Below are positions 36,190 to 46,129 of a stretch of DNA of 64,000 nt, in pieces. Within the stretch, counting starts at the first letter, position 1, and each line of letters starts with the position of its first letter. The notes under the pieces were generated by a model. That model was not told where the DNA came from. It did no database searches and worked only from the letters and a program-made list of their open reading frames with translations. Both the position numbers and the translations under genes were made by a program. The stretch spans positions 102,190 through 166,189 of the forward strand of contig CAYRQF010000001.1 of the NCBI GenBank assembly GCA_964426385.1, read 5' to 3'. The DNA comes from an uncultured Candidatus Saccharibacteria bacterium (lineage in GTDB: Bacteria > Patescibacteriota > Minisyncoccia > Phycocordibacterales > CSBR16-119).

Positions 36190-36201
36190 TATACTTAGAG
36201 C

Positions 36202-37515
36202 GTGAAAAAAAGCTTAACAATACTCCTACTACTTCTAATGACAGCAGGTCATGGCTTTGTTTTTGCCCAATCAAATCTCGAAACAGAACTCGAGGCTAAG
36301 CGCAAAGCCAAAGAAGCTCTCGAGCTCGAACTTCGACAAGACCAGCTCAAGCTCGATGCCATAAGTGCTGAGAAGAATACTATCGATAAAGCTGTAAAAG
36401 AACTCGACTATACCCAGAAGAAACTCGGTACAGAGGTGAAACTCACTGAGTCAAAAATCGGCGAGACTGAAACTCATATCCAAGAGCTCGATAACACTAT
36501 CCGCACCAAGGAAGAGAAGATTATTCTTTTCAAACAAACGATCCGAGAGGGTATACAGAGTATTAACGTCGAAGATGGCACACCTTTCGTTGTGCGTATA
36601 CTCGCCAGCGGTTCAGTGACCGGCGCGATCCAAGAAACTGATGAGAGAATCAAACTGAATCAGGAGATGGGCGGGGCCATAGATAGTCTCCTTACTGAAA
36701 AAGAAAAACTTTTACTAGACAAAACCTCGAGAGAGCTCAAGAAAGTTGAACTTTTGGATTATAAGGGGGAAGTAGTCGGCCAGAAGAGTCAGGTGGATGC
36801 GAACAAGCAAGAGAAGACTACACTCCTCAATCAGACCAAAGCAGAAGAGGCTGCATACCAGAAAATTATCGCTGAGAAGAAGAAGCTTCAAGCACAATTC
36901 GAGGCTGAACTCTCCGCCATCGAAGCCAAGATGAAATTCAATCTAGATCCGACATCGTACCCGAAGCCGGCTCACGGCATACTCGCTTGGCCTAGAGAGG
37001 ATGTGCTCATAACTCAGGGATTCGGTCTAACGGAGAGCTCATACAAGCTATACAACTACAGAACTGGTGCCTGGAAAGGCAAGCATGCCGGCGTAGACTT
37101 CCGTGCGAATAATGACAAAGTCCTAGCTATGGCTGAAGGCGTTGTTGTTGGCACGGGCAACACTGATCAGGTTTGTCCGAGGGCTTCTACTGGAGTATGG
37201 GTACTGCTGAAGTACGACAACGGTCTCGCGAGTACTTTCTTCCATCTATCGAGCGTTGTGGTAAAAACAGGTGACAGGGTAAAGACTGGCCAGATTATTG
37301 CCTACAGTGGAAACACTGGTTACTCAACAGCTCCACATCTCCACGTTGGCGTCATGCCATCGAGTGTTGTATCCGTCGAGACTTGGCCATCTGCAGGGTG
37401 TCCGGGCAAGAACTACACGACACCGCTCGTTGCGAACTCATTCTATCTGAACCCACTAGACTATCTACCGGTTGCCACACCTAACATGTTCAAGGAAAAT
37501 CTAAATGGCGAATAG
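36202..37515 (+). CDS. Secreted M23-family peptidoglycan DD-metalloendopeptidase with an N-terminal coiled coil (EnvC/NlpD-like)
   Basis: 437 aa. Signal peptide, about 230 aa of coiled coil, then the M23 motifs HAGVDF...D and GNTGYSTAPHLHVGV. Confidence 0.8.
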   Translation: MKKSLTILLLLLMTAGHGFVFAQSNLETELEAKRKAKEALELELRQDQLKLDAISAEKNTIDKAVKELDYTQKKLGTEVKLTESKIGETETHIQELDNTIRTKEEKIILFKQTIREGIQSINVEDGTPFVVRILASGSVTGAIQETDERIKLNQEMGGAIDSLLTEKEKLLLDKTSRELKKVELLDYKGEVVGQKSQVDANKQEKTTLLNQTKAEEAAYQKIIAEKKKLQAQFEAELSAIEAKMKFNLDPTSYPKPAHGILAWPREDVLITQGFGLTESSYKLYNYRTGAWKGKHAGVDFRANNDKVLAMAEGVVVGTGNTDQVCPRASTGVWVLLKYDNGLASTFFHLSSVVVKTGDRVKTGQIIAYSGNTGYSTAPHLHVGVMPSSVVSVETWPSAGCPGKNYTTPLVANSFYLNPLDYLPVATPNMFKENLNGE

Positions 37516-37762
37516 CTTCAAGGAAAAAGTTTTAGCGATTGTAAAAAAGATTCCGAAAGGGAAGACTCTCACCTACAAACAAGTCGCTGACAGAGCCGGA
37601 AGCCCTAATGCCTCACGAGCAGTGGGGAGTGTGCTGAAGCAAAACTATAATCCTGATATTCCATGCCACCGAGTCATCAGATCAGACGGCGTCGCCGGTG
37701 AATACAATCGTGGAAGAGACAATAAAATCAAACTGTTGAGAAGTGAGGGCGCGATAAAGTGA
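37505..37762 (+). CDS. MGMT-family protein: methylated-DNA-protein-cysteine methyltransferase DNA-binding/active-site domain only (85 aa)
   Basis: TYKQVADRAGSPNASRAVGSVLKQNYNPDIPCHRVIRSDG contains the PCHRV active-site cysteine motif of the Ogt/Ada C-terminal domain. Confidence 0.7.
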   Translation: MANSFKEKVLAIVKKIPKGKTLTYKQVADRAGSPNASRAVGSVLKQNYNPDIPCHRVIRSDGVAGEYNRGRDNKIKLLRSEGAIK

Positions 37763-37787
37763 ATCTGATACAATTTATATATCAATT

Positions 37788-38210
37788 ATGTCAGGCAAAG
37801 ATAAACAGCTAGACCTAAACAGGGGTCGTGTTCAAACGAGACATCCGAGACTCATGGCTAACGGAATGCCCGGGTTTATAAACGTGCGCACTCTTGTCGT
37901 CGTGATACTCATCCTCGTCACACTAGGACTTCTCGGTGTGTCAGTAGAGGATGACATCGTCGCCAATCCTGATGTCCAGGAAAACACTTCATATGTTTGG
38001 GAGGGCGTCAGTCATATCTGGCAGACGTATCTCGCTGGTCCCGCAAGCTTTATATTGAACGACGTTATCGTCGGCATACTCTGGGAAGGTTTCCGGCTGA
38101 ATATGGAGAGACTCCAGAACGGCGAGTCACCGACAGATTTCTACAGTATGGACACCTCAAGTATCCCATCCATTCCTGATCTAATAAGCGAATACAACCA
38201 GAATAATTAA
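37788..38210 (+). CDS. Hypothetical membrane-anchored protein
   Basis: 140 aa with one TM segment (LVVVILILVTLGLLGV). Confidence 0.4.
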   Translation: MSGKDKQLDLNRGRVQTRHPRLMANGMPGFINVRTLVVVILILVTLGLLGVSVEDDIVANPDVQENTSYVWEGVSHIWQTYLAGPASFILNDVIVGILWEGFRLNMERLQNGESPTDFYSMDTSSIPSIPDLISEYNQNN

Positions 38211-38214
38211 AAAG

Positions 38215-38258
38215 AAGAAGCCCCGGCACGATGTGTCCGGGGCTTTGATCATTTTCAC
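38215..38258. terminator. Bidirectional terminator (AAGCCCCGGCACGATGTGTCCGGGGCTTT)
   Basis: 9-bp GC-rich stem flanked by A and T runs, between convergent genes 37788..38210 (+) and 38267..38755 (-). Confidence 0.65.
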
Positions 38259-38266
38259 TTTCTTGG

Positions 38267-38755
38267 TCAACTACGCACGCTCAATTGCATGATCTCGTAG
38301 TGCTTCAACAGGCGCATCATTGCAAGTGTTGACTGACGGATGTCCTCGTGTGCTTCGTTGTACACTTGTAGTGCGGCTTCCTTGGTCCTTGTCTCGATGA
38401 GCTCATCGAGCGAGAGCTCCTTCCAGCGATTGAGAACCGCGGTCTCAAGTTCGTTCATCTGAGCTGCGGTATGCCCTGTACGTTGGGTCTTGAAAAACCA
38501 GCGAAGGTTGTGATAGGCATTACGTGCCTGTCTTGCCTTGGTCAGCTCCACGTTCGGATCTGTCGTCACAAGAACGATACGCTTCAGATCCAAGCTTCTT
38601 CGGATATCATCCTCACTGATACCGGTATCGAGCGACATCTGGTAGATGTCCAGAATAGGCTTGTTAGTTGTGCTCATGGTCGTGGGTTTGTTTGAGTTAA
38701 CTTTACGCAGAAACTGTAGAGTGTCAATCGGGGGAGTAAGATAGAACTTTTGCAC
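38267..38755 (-). CDS. Hypothetical protein
   Basis: 162-aa ORF with a charged, helical character. No motif recognised. Confidence 0.4.
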   Translation of the reverse strand: MQKFYLTPPIDTLQFLRKVNSNKPTTMSTTNKPILDIYQMSLDTGISEDDIRRSLDLKRIVLVTTDPNVELTKARQARNAYHNLRWFFKTQRTGHTAAQMNELETAVLNRWKELSLDELIETRTKEAALQVYNEAHEDIRQSTLAMMRLLKHYEIMQLSVRS

Positions 38756-38991
38756 AGAGCACGAGTTCCAGATGATCTAGACCATGACTTGATCGGGGAT
38801 AAGTAAGAATCGGATCCTCAAACGAAAATTTCTAATCGCCGTGGGGGATAAGTCCCTAGAGCCAAGCGTCGTAAAAGATATATTGTGCGACGTGTCTCTA
38901 TAGGAGAAAACCGGCTCCCCATCGATAAAGTGGCCGGTTATCCAGTAAATATTATTTTGTATTTTTACACGTATTTCCCCGCCATATTCGA

Positions 38992-39960
38992 CTAGGAGAT
39001 TATTTCCTCCCCCTCTTCTTTAGAGCTCTCAGTCTTAAATTTGCGAAATACGTTAATTGCTTCTTCTAGCAAAACGAGCTTATTGGTCGGATAAGCTTCA
39101 AATATCCTTTTTGCCCTATCTACCATGCTTTGGCTTGGTGAAGCTATTATTCTTTCTACCATCTCATCATATTCATTCTCTAGAGATCTCTTTTTCTCTG
39201 GACTGACATCGAGTTGATTGATCAAACCATAGTTAGCACTTCGAGTAGCCTGGAGTACGATACTCTGATATGTACTGAGAACGTTTTCAAAGCTAGCGGA
39301 CCCATTCAAAACTATTTCACTTTCGAGTAGATCTAGCTGAGCAGCGGTATTCTTGGCACCCTGAGCTCTCAGCTGTGAATTCCTATCGTCATAAGTGTGG
39401 GGTTCTATAAAACCGTCCCCATCTTTCTCTAGATGTCTTTCGATGATCTTGAAACGGAGATTCTTTACACCCTCCTTCGATAGAAGTGATGTAAACAAAT
39501 TATATTTCTGAGTTATGACGATATCCCAAAATAGCGCCTCCATTTCTTCTCGGGTTTGAAGTTCGTCATTTATATTATCCTTGACGCTATCCTTATCGAA
39601 GAATTGTGAGCCAAAATGTTTCCCCTCTGACCGTTCATATTCAACGACACCATGAAAGAAATCGTGCCAAGCGAGCTGTTTGATTGATTCTTGGGTATCT
39701 TCTAGGTCGGCATCTGGACGCTCTTCGTAGTCCTGTTTTACGATCTTCTTTACTAATTCTGGTCCGTACTTGATCAGAGCTTCTTCGAGCTCTCGTTGGT
39801 ACTCTTCTGGTATCTCGGTACCTTTTGGTATCCCAAAGCGAGACAATACGTGTTTATCTTTGACCGTTAACACCTCTCGCGACCACTGTTCGATCGTCTC
39901 ATCAGAAATCACTGTCTTTCCTTCCCTATTATTTCTTGGGGCACCTGATTTGAATTCCAT
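38992..39960 (-). CDS. Hypothetical protein (acidic)
   Basis: 322-aa ORF with good coding character. No motif recognised. Confidence 0.45.
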   Translation of the reverse strand: MEFKSGAPRNNREGKTVISDETIEQWSREVLTVKDKHVLSRFGIPKGTEIPEEYQRELEEALIKYGPELVKKIVKQDYEERPDADLEDTQESIKQLAWHDFFHGVVEYERSEGKHFGSQFFDKDSVKDNINDELQTREEMEALFWDIVITQKYNLFTSLLSKEGVKNLRFKIIERHLEKDGDGFIEPHTYDDRNSQLRAQGAKNTAAQLDLLESEIVLNGSASFENVLSTYQSIVLQATRSANYGLINQLDVSPEKKRSLENEYDEMVERIIASPSQSMVDRAKRIFEAYPTNKLVLLEEAINVFRKFKTESSKEEGEEIIS

Positions 39961-39973
39961 ATATTTATTACTA

Positions 39974-40291
39974 CTAACATCCTGACGCTAGTGTCAGACC
40001 CTCTTTTTGGGCTTCCTCTACCGTCATGAAATAAACGCGATTTTCGGACTTGATCCTAGAAGCGCTTTTACAGCCAATTGGATAATATCTAGTTCCGCTT
40101 TTGGACGCCAGATAATTAAACTTAGATTCGTCTAACTCAAGCCTTGCGAGCTCAGGAACGATGACGCTAGCCATTCCGTTAGCCTTCTCAGTCTCTAGGA
40201 CCGATAGTCTACCTAGTCCAAAAGATGCAGTGGAGGCCAGAATTATGACAAGAGCGAGGAGTATAGTTTTCTTATCAAAATTCTGCTGCAT
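39974..40291 (-). CDS. Small secreted protein with an Ada-like metal-binding domain pattern
   Basis: 105 aa. Signal peptide. RYYPIGCKSASRIKSENRVYFMTVEEAQKEGLTLASGC resembles the Ada N-terminal Zn-binding domain consensus (YH.P.C...I...N..F....EA...G...C..C). Confidence 0.4.
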   Translation of the reverse strand: MQQNFDKKTILLALVIILASTASFGLGRLSVLETEKANGMASVIVPELARLELDESKFNYLASKSGTRYYPIGCKSASRIKSENRVYFMTVEEAQKEGLTLASGC

Positions 40292-40294
40292 AAA

Positions 40295-41101
40295 TTACTC
40301 GCTTAGATATTTAGGATCGATGATACTGCCTAGCTCAGACTTCATATCGATCGAGATGTCGACAACACCCGTTGCCCATGGTCCTACCTGATATGGCTGG
40401 AAGATTATATGGAGCATTCCTTCGCTATCGGTGTAGAAAGTGCTGAAATTTTCTGTGATTGGTGCTGTTCCTTCCTCCATCCACGAACTGACATTTTCTG
40501 CAAGCTTTTCTTGTAATTTCACGCGGGAGATTCTCGAAAGTTCGGACAAGTAATTTGTTTCAGGCTGGAATACATCTCCTATCGTTATACGCTGACCAGC
40601 GTCGTTATAGTTGATGCTCCTTATATAGTGATTTCCATGAGCGCCACCTGTATAGGTGGAGAAGTCCAGCACGATACTGTGCAACCCTTCCCCTTCATTT
40701 ATTTCATAAGAACCGTCGAAAGTATATTTGTATCCGAACTCTTTAATACGATTTTTCTCCTCAATCGGGAAATTATCAAAATTGATATCTTTCTTGAATT
40801 GTCTAAGCTCTCCTTCGACAATGTCCTCTACCTCATCACTAAGCTTCTTGTTATCAAAAAATGGATAGACGATATTTACTATCAAAAATTCATTTTCCTC
40901 CTTAATTTCCTTGTCTCCGAAGCTGTCATATAACGCCACAGGCTTTTGGTCTTCTGCCGGGACCAACGGAGAGGTATCCTCTAGAGGCTCGGGACTTGTC
41001 TCATACTCTCCTACCCTATTAGTAAAATACATATATCCGATAACACCGAGAAGCAATATAACCACGATTATTAGGGCTTTTTTCATACCTTGATTATACA
41101 A
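40295..41101 (-). CDS. Hypothetical secreted/lipoprotein-like protein
   Basis: 268 aa with an N-terminal signal/TM segment (ALIIVVILLLGVIGYMYF). Possible RsiV/DUF3298-like fold, unverified. Confidence 0.45.
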   Translation of the reverse strand: MYNQGMKKALIIVVILLLGVIGYMYFTNRVGEYETSPEPLEDTSPLVPAEDQKPVALYDSFGDKEIKEENEFLIVNIVYPFFDNKKLSDEVEDIVEGELRQFKKDINFDNFPIEEKNRIKEFGYKYTFDGSYEINEGEGLHSIVLDFSTYTGGAHGNHYIRSINYNDAGQRITIGDVFQPETNYLSELSRISRVKLQEKLAENVSSWMEEGTAPITENFSTFYTDSEGMLHIIFQPYQVGPWATGVVDISIDMKSELGSIIDPKYLSE

Positions 41102-41176
41102 TACCCGGGCGGGTATTGCATATTTCGGGCTTTTACCATATAATTCAGCCCGTTAATCATTTATTTATAAAGCACT

Positions 41177-41455
41177 ATGGCACATAGAAAAGCCGGCGGA
41201 ACAGCTCGAAATTTAAGAGATTCTAACCCAAAATACCTTGGGGTTAAGGTTGCAGATGGGCAGGTTGCCGAGGCTGGTGCTATCATCGTGCGACAGAGAG
41301 GAACAAAATTCATGCCTGGAAACAACACTGATATGGGTAAGGATCACACTATTCACGCCCTAAAGAAAGGCACAGTGAAGCTAGGAAATGCTAGAAAAGT
41401 CGGGTTCGACAATCGCACAACTAGCAGGAAAATCGTTCACATCGTAACTAAATAA
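41177..41455 (+). CDS. rpmA: 50S ribosomal protein L27
   Basis: [24 protein letters not shown]...GTKFMPGNN is the canonical L27 sequence. Confidence 0.9.
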   Translation: MAHRKAGGTARNLRDSNPKYLGVKVADGQVAEAGAIIVRQRGTKFMPGNNTDMGKDHTIHALKKGTVKLGNARKVGFDNRTTSRKIVHIVTK

Positions 41456-41464
41456 TCTCCTAAG

Positions 41465-41494
41465 AATAAAACCCCATATCGGGGTTTTATTCTT
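41465..41494. terminator. Bidirectional terminator (AAAACCCCATATCGGGGTTTT)
   Basis: Perfect stem with flanking A/T runs between convergent rpmA (+) and rplI (-). Confidence 0.7.
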
Positions 41495-41924
41495 TGTCTA
41501 TGGAAACGTGCAGGGTCAGTCCATCAGTATTTTTAATTGGGATCTCTACTTCCCCGAGCTTCTTGATATGACTGAAAAGCTCGAGATCTTTTTCCTCTAG
41601 GTTAATTCCTTTTTCTTTGAGTACCGATAAGATGTCTTTCAGAGTAACGCTCGAGAACAGGTGACCCTCATCGTTTGCCTTTTTCTTGATAGATAGTGTG
41701 AAGTCACGGGTCAGACTGACCGCCTCGCGAAACTCCTTGGTCCCCTTCTCTATCTTCTGCTCCTTCATACGTAGTCGTTCTGATAGTGCAGAGAGTGCCT
41801 TGGCAGATGCCTCTACGGCAAGCTTCTGTGGGATAAGGAAGTTCCTAGCATGACCCTCGTTTACGTCTTTTACCTCGTCCTTGAGTCCCAGCTTCTTTAC
41901 ATTCTGGAGGAAAATTACTTTCAT
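41487..41924 (-). CDS. rplI: 50S ribosomal protein L9
   Basis: MKVIFLQNVKKLGLKDEVKDVNEGHARNFLIPQKLA is the L9 N-domain signature. Confidence 0.85.
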   Translation of the reverse strand: MKVIFLQNVKKLGLKDEVKDVNEGHARNFLIPQKLAVEASAKALSALSERLRMKEQKIEKGTKEFREAVSLTRDFTLSIKKKANDEGHLFSSVTLKDILSVLKEKGINLEEKDLELFSHIKKLGEVEIPIKNTDGLTLHVSIDKE

Positions 41925-41926
41925 GA

Positions 41927-43135
41927 TTATTTCTTATTTAATATCTTAACGGCTTCCGCGAACTGAGTGTCTACTCCATCCTTCGTGAACTTCTCTTGGT
42001 CAAATTCGACGATGACGTCAGGGGTGAGGCCCTGCTTCGATATAGAGGTACCGTTAGGTGTCTGCCACTCCGCGATAGTTAGCTTGAGCGACGTCTTGTC
42101 CCCCATCGGGATAAGTTCCTGGACAGAGCCCTTGCCGAACGTCTGCGTACCAACAAGTGTCGCAACTCCGTGTTCCTGCAGAGCACCGGCCATAATCTCG
42201 GATGCTGAAGCGGAACCTTCGTTCACTAGTATCACAACTTTGTACTTCTCTGTCAGATAATGACCTTTGGCTTTGTAAACGGCATTGTCAGCTTCATTTG
42301 TTGATTTCTCATTAACTATGACAGTGCCCGCTGGCAAGAACCAGCTACTGATATTCACCGCAGCGGAGAGATACCCACCTGGGTTATTTCGCAAATCGAT
42401 GATGAGCTTCTCAGACCCAGACTCCTTGAAACTTGTTATAGCTTTTTCAAATTCTGCTGTTGCAGTCTCACCGAAGCTGAAGAAATTGATGACGAAGATT
42501 TTATCTTTGTCGAGGTACTCTGTCTCAATGGTTGGAAGCTTTATGACCTCGCGGGTGATAGAAATCACTTTCGCCTCTGGTAGACCCTCTCTTGCTACTG
42601 CGATAACAACCTCTGTATTGGCTTCACCTCGGATCAGCTTTACGGCAGCATCGATATCGAGCCCTGTTGCGACCGTATCGTCGATTTTCAGAATCTTGTC
42701 ACCTGCCATCACTCCAGCCCTCTCTGCTGGGGAGTCCTTGAGAGGTGCGATAACAGTCAGGATATCGTCACGGACACCTACTTCCATACCGACGCCAGAG
42801 AACTGGCCCTTGAGATCAATATTAAGATTCTCTGTATCTTCTGGTGGTAAAAATACTGAGTACGGGTCATTTAGCGAGTCTACGAGTCCTGAAGTCGCTG
42901 CCCAGACTTTTTCCTTGGCAGTAATAACATTGCCATCAGGGTGACGTTCCTCGATGAGTCTCCAAGCATCCCAAAGTCCTGTGAAATCAGCATCTTCCGC
43001 GATGTCGTCGGGTATAACCCTACTGCCACCGATACCCTGGCCCGAGACACTGTTGCCGTTGGCACCGATGTACATACCCGCAGATAGTGCCACCAGGATG
43101 ACTAACGTCATTATAATTATTCTCTGTGTTTTCAT
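41927..43135 (-). CDS. ctpA: Carboxyl-terminal processing protease (S41 family, Ctp/Prc-like) with a PDZ domain
   Basis: 402 aa. Signal peptide. PDZ region (GVGMEVGVRDDILTVIAPLKDSPAERAGVMAGDKILKIDD) and the S41 catalytic region (SASASEIMAGAL...GTQTFGKGSVQ). Confidence 0.85.
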   Translation of the reverse strand: MKTQRIIIMTLVILVALSAGMYIGANGNSVSGQGIGGSRVIPDDIAEDADFTGLWDAWRLIEERHPDGNVITAKEKVWAATSGLVDSLNDPYSVFLPPEDTENLNIDLKGQFSGVGMEVGVRDDILTVIAPLKDSPAERAGVMAGDKILKIDDTVATGLDIDAAVKLIRGEANTEVVIAVAREGLPEAKVISITREVIKLPTIETEYLDKDKIFVINFFSFGETATAEFEKAITSFKESGSEKLIIDLRNNPGGYLSAAVNISSWFLPAGTVIVNEKSTNEADNAVYKAKGHYLTEKYKVVILVNEGSASASEIMAGALQEHGVATLVGTQTFGKGSVQELIPMGDKTSLKLTIAEWQTPNGTSISKQGLTPDVIVEFDQEKFTKDGVDTQFAEAVKILNKK

Positions 43136-43167
43136 GATTATTTATTGTTTATAACCGTATTATAACA

Positions 43168-44331
43168 CTATTCTGGTAGGAGCGCCTTTTTCGTATAGAC
43201 GTTCTTCGGGTCCCAAATAAGCCACGAATCTAGCCCTGCATCATACGTAGCATCTATCTGTGCACGGACCATCTCGGCAGTATATGTGGCCCCCAGGTTA
43301 AAATCCTGGAGCCACGGACGAAGCTTCGTCGGGTCTTCACCCATAGCTACTAGTCTCGCACTCGCTTTATCCATGGTTATCTTGATCACGTCATATGGAT
43401 TCTCAGCCGGGTTTGCATAACCGTTCCATGTATCAGGGAAATGTGACGGGTAAACCATCGGGTCGATAAAATCAAAATACGGTGCAGCTTTCTCTAGAAC
43501 CTGACCGATACCCAAATCGTCAGTGTTCGTTGTAACCATACCGAATAGATTTACTGATGTTGGGATCGGATTATCTACGGAACGTAACTTCGAATCAACA
43601 TATTTGAAAAATGACTCGAGCACTTCTGGCTTATCTTTCCCTTCACTCATCGGATAATATATGTCTTTCATGTTCCCGTCTGATGGAAAGCGTATATAGT
43701 CGAAGTTAATCTCGTCGAACCCAACTGCATATGACTCCTCGGCGAGAGCGATGACATAGTCCCAGACTTTCGTAGAGCCTGCATCGAACCACCCGAGACC
43801 CTTTCTATCGGCCCAAAGTTTATCATGACTAGTAGCGGTCTTCACCGCCTCACTTGGCCATTTTTTAATGAGGTATGGATCCTGGAATGTTGAGATGCGG
43901 CCTATGACATAAATATTCTTATCGTGTAGGGTCTCTATCAGACCTCTAATGTCAGATATACGACTCTCAGATGAACCGAGACTTTTGAATGGCTCATTCT
44001 CGATAACGAACGAGACTTTGCCCGTATCATCCTTGATATCGAGAACAACGGCATTGACCTCTGTATCGTCTATTATCTTGATGACTCTATCTCGGATACT
44101 CGGAGTACCGGCGACCCAGCTTGTCATATATATGGCTTTGACTGCATCAGGGGTTGGTATATGTCGTACCGAATTCCCGGTGTCAGGAAGCTTGATGATA
44201 GCGCCATCTACAAAAGAGTCCTCTACTTCTGCATTCACACTAGTCTGACGGTGAGGTGCATAGAAATATATCCCAACCAATACAAAAATACCGATCGTAA
44301 CTATCGTGATATTTTTGTGAGTGAGGTACAT
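43168..44331 (-). CDS. Putative glycoside-hydrolase-like TIM-barrel protein (DUF4015/GHL10-like), membrane-anchored
   Basis: 387 aa. N-terminal TM. AIYMTSWVAGTPSIRDRVIKIIDDTEVNAVVLDIKDDTGKVSF resembles the DUF4015 family opening. Confidence 0.45.
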   Translation of the reverse strand: MYLTHKNITIVTIGIFVLVGIYFYAPHRQTSVNAEVEDSFVDGAIIKLPDTGNSVRHIPTPDAVKAIYMTSWVAGTPSIRDRVIKIIDDTEVNAVVLDIKDDTGKVSFVIENEPFKSLGSSESRISDIRGLIETLHDKNIYVIGRISTFQDPYLIKKWPSEAVKTATSHDKLWADRKGLGWFDAGSTKVWDYVIALAEESYAVGFDEINFDYIRFPSDGNMKDIYYPMSEGKDKPEVLESFFKYVDSKLRSVDNPIPTSVNLFGMVTTNTDDLGIGQVLEKAAPYFDFIDPMVYPSHFPDTWNGYANPAENPYDVIKITMDKASARLVAMGEDPTKLRPWLQDFNLGATYTAEMVRAQIDATYDAGLDSWLIWDPKNVYTKKALLPE

Positions 44332-44625
44332 CTATAAATTAAAATTATCATTTTTCTCGGGTGCTTTCTTCACGAAGACGAACCCACTTGTGTCTACTGG
44401 AACCTCTTTCTTGGCGAGTGGTGGCATAGGAGATACAGAGACTTTCTTTGTAGCAGGTTTTCTAACTACTTTTTTCTTACGGTCGAAATATAAGGTGTAG
44501 GCGAATATCATAATAATGAGTCCGAGAATAAGTAGACTGATCCTCTCTACAAGGTTCGGGAATCCTAAATGTGGCAATACCATGACGAGTATCGCTATGA
44601 TGAAAAGTGTTTTCTCTCGAGTCAT
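44332..44625 (-). CDS. Small hypothetical membrane protein
   Basis: 97 aa with two TM segments. Its stop codon directly abuts the start of 43168..44331. Confidence 0.4.
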   Translation of the reverse strand: MTREKTLFIIAILVMVLPHLGFPNLVERISLLILGLIIMIFAYTLYFDRKKKVVRKPATKKVSVSPMPPLAKKEVPVDTSGFVFVKKAPEKNDNFNL

Positions 44626-44735
44626 TACTTACAAAATATCTATTAATAGAGCCATTATAACGCTATAGTTTCAAAAGTACCTGTTGATTAGACAAATCTA
44701 GAATAATATGTATAATCATTTCCGAATCTAACCAC

Positions 44736-44933
44736 ATGCCGAGGCAGCAACTTCCTGCTAATTGGCTGGCATTCGGGACCTTGCTTATCACAGGACTCCT
44801 GTTACTCGGAGTATTTGCAGTCATGGCTGCAAAAGAGAACATCAAGGCTTTAGACCAGACGCCTTGGTGGAACATACTATCCGCCGATGAAGCCCCCAAA
44901 AGGGGCTTTGTCTATTGTGCTAAGAGACTATAA
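44736..44933 (+). CDS. Possible small membrane protein (65 aa) with an extended -10 promoter (TGTATAAT at 44706..44714)
   Basis: TM helix LAFGTLLITGLLLLGVFAVMAA. However, a terminator hairpin (AGCCCCCAAAAGGGGCT, 44891..44907) lies inside its 3' end and it overlaps rsmI by 14 nt, so it is uncertain. Confidence 0.3.
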   Translation: MPRQQLPANWLAFGTLLITGLLLLGVFAVMAAKENIKALDQTPWWNILSADEAPKRGFVYCAKRL

Positions 44934-45600
44934 CCACAAACTCCCCTCTAACCTTGTCCTGATTTTTATTGAAATACTCGAGGACCTCCGTTGCTGATCC
45001 CGAGACAGTTTCTTCGAACATTTTTGTCAGCTCCCGAGCGATGACAACTTTCTTCGTTTCCGGTAAATGTTTGGCGAGAGATTCCAAAGTTTTTTCTATT
45101 CGATGAGGTGACTCATAAAACACTGACGTTCTTTCACTTTCGGAAATTTCTTTGAATATTGTTTCCCTACCCTTCTTGTGTGGGAGGAATCCATAGAATG
45201 TAAATTGCGGACTTGGGATACCGCTGATAGATAGTGCGGCGGTTAGTGCTGAGGCTCCTGGGATAGCAACTATCTTCACATCGGGGAGATCTCTTTTGAT
45301 CATCTCGATAAGCATTACCCCGGGGTCAGATATAGTCGGCGTGCCGGCATCAGAAACTAGTGCGAGAGACTTCCCTTCACTGAGCATCTCGAGTATCTTG
45401 TCATGCTTTGAAAGTTTTGACTGCGCGTGATAGCTCATGGTTCCCGTACCGATCATATAGTGGTCTAGGAGGTTTCTAGTGACACGGGTATCCTCACACA
45501 GCACCAAATCAACGCTTTTCAGCGTCTCTATGGCTCTGTGAGTCATGTCACCCATATTCCCTATCGGTGTGGCGACAACATATAAAATCCCGTTTTGCAT
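44920..45600 (-). CDS. rsmI: 16S rRNA (cytidine1402-2'-O)-methyltransferase
   Basis: 226 aa. MQNGILYVVATPIGNMGDMTHRAIETLKSVDLVLCEDTRVTRNLL is the RsmI (tetrapyrrole-methylase fold) signature. Confidence 0.85.
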   Translation of the reverse strand: MQNGILYVVATPIGNMGDMTHRAIETLKSVDLVLCEDTRVTRNLLDHYMIGTGTMSYHAQSKLSKHDKILEMLSEGKSLALVSDAGTPTISDPGVMLIEMIKRDLPDVKIVAIPGASALTAALSISGIPSPQFTFYGFLPHKKGRETIFKEISESERTSVFYESPHRIEKTLESLAKHLPETKKVVIARELTKMFEETVSGSATEVLEYFNKNQDKVRGEFVVIVS

Positions 45601-45670
45601 GAGAAATATAATACTTGACTTTTCGTATTTTGTCTAGTACAATACACTCAAACTTTACACACCCACCGTC

Positions 45671-46069
45671 ATGAACCCAGTCAGAACTGTTGGAATTTTC
45701 GGACTCATAGCTGGTGCGATCGGCGGACTGATACTTATCTCCGGACTGCTTTTTAGCGGACCGTCAGGTCCAGAAAGCGATCCAAAGATGAGAAGCCCGA
45801 TGAGAATGGACCTCTATCACTTCGAAGCGAAGCTGGTTGATCAACCCGATAAACACAAGCTTCTTCAGTGGAGTGCTGTCCCCTTGAGTGATCATTGGAC
45901 AGACACCCTGCTCATCGATTTTGATTACGGCCCTGGCATTGCTGATCAGCAAGAAGGAGATGTTGTCTGGCTGGTGTCTGAATACAACGCCCAAACCCAG
46001 ACATGGGACTATTGGACCGCAGAGCACTGGAAGCAAATTCGTCTCCCAGACAGGAAAACTTGGAGATAG
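45671..46069 (+). CDS. Hypothetical membrane-anchored protein
   Basis: 132 aa with an N-terminal TM segment (VGIFGLIAGAIGGLILISGLLF). Confidence 0.4.
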   Translation: MNPVRTVGIFGLIAGAIGGLILISGLLFSGPSGPESDPKMRSPMRMDLYHFEAKLVDQPDKHKLLQWSAVPLSDHWTDTLLIDFDYGPGIADQQEGDVVWLVSEYNAQTQTWDYWTAEHWKQIRLPDRKTWR

Positions 46070-46129
46070 CATCTACGCACCCCTCAGAGGAAAGCACCTC
46101 ATCTGGGGTGTTTTTCATTTAGCTAAAAA

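Noticed and set aside
42285-42944. 219-aa plus-strand ORF inside the ctpA region (also 41967..42260)
   Set aside because: Antisense to a well-supported S41 protease gene. Its S/A/T-rich low-complexity translation is characteristic of an antisense artefact.
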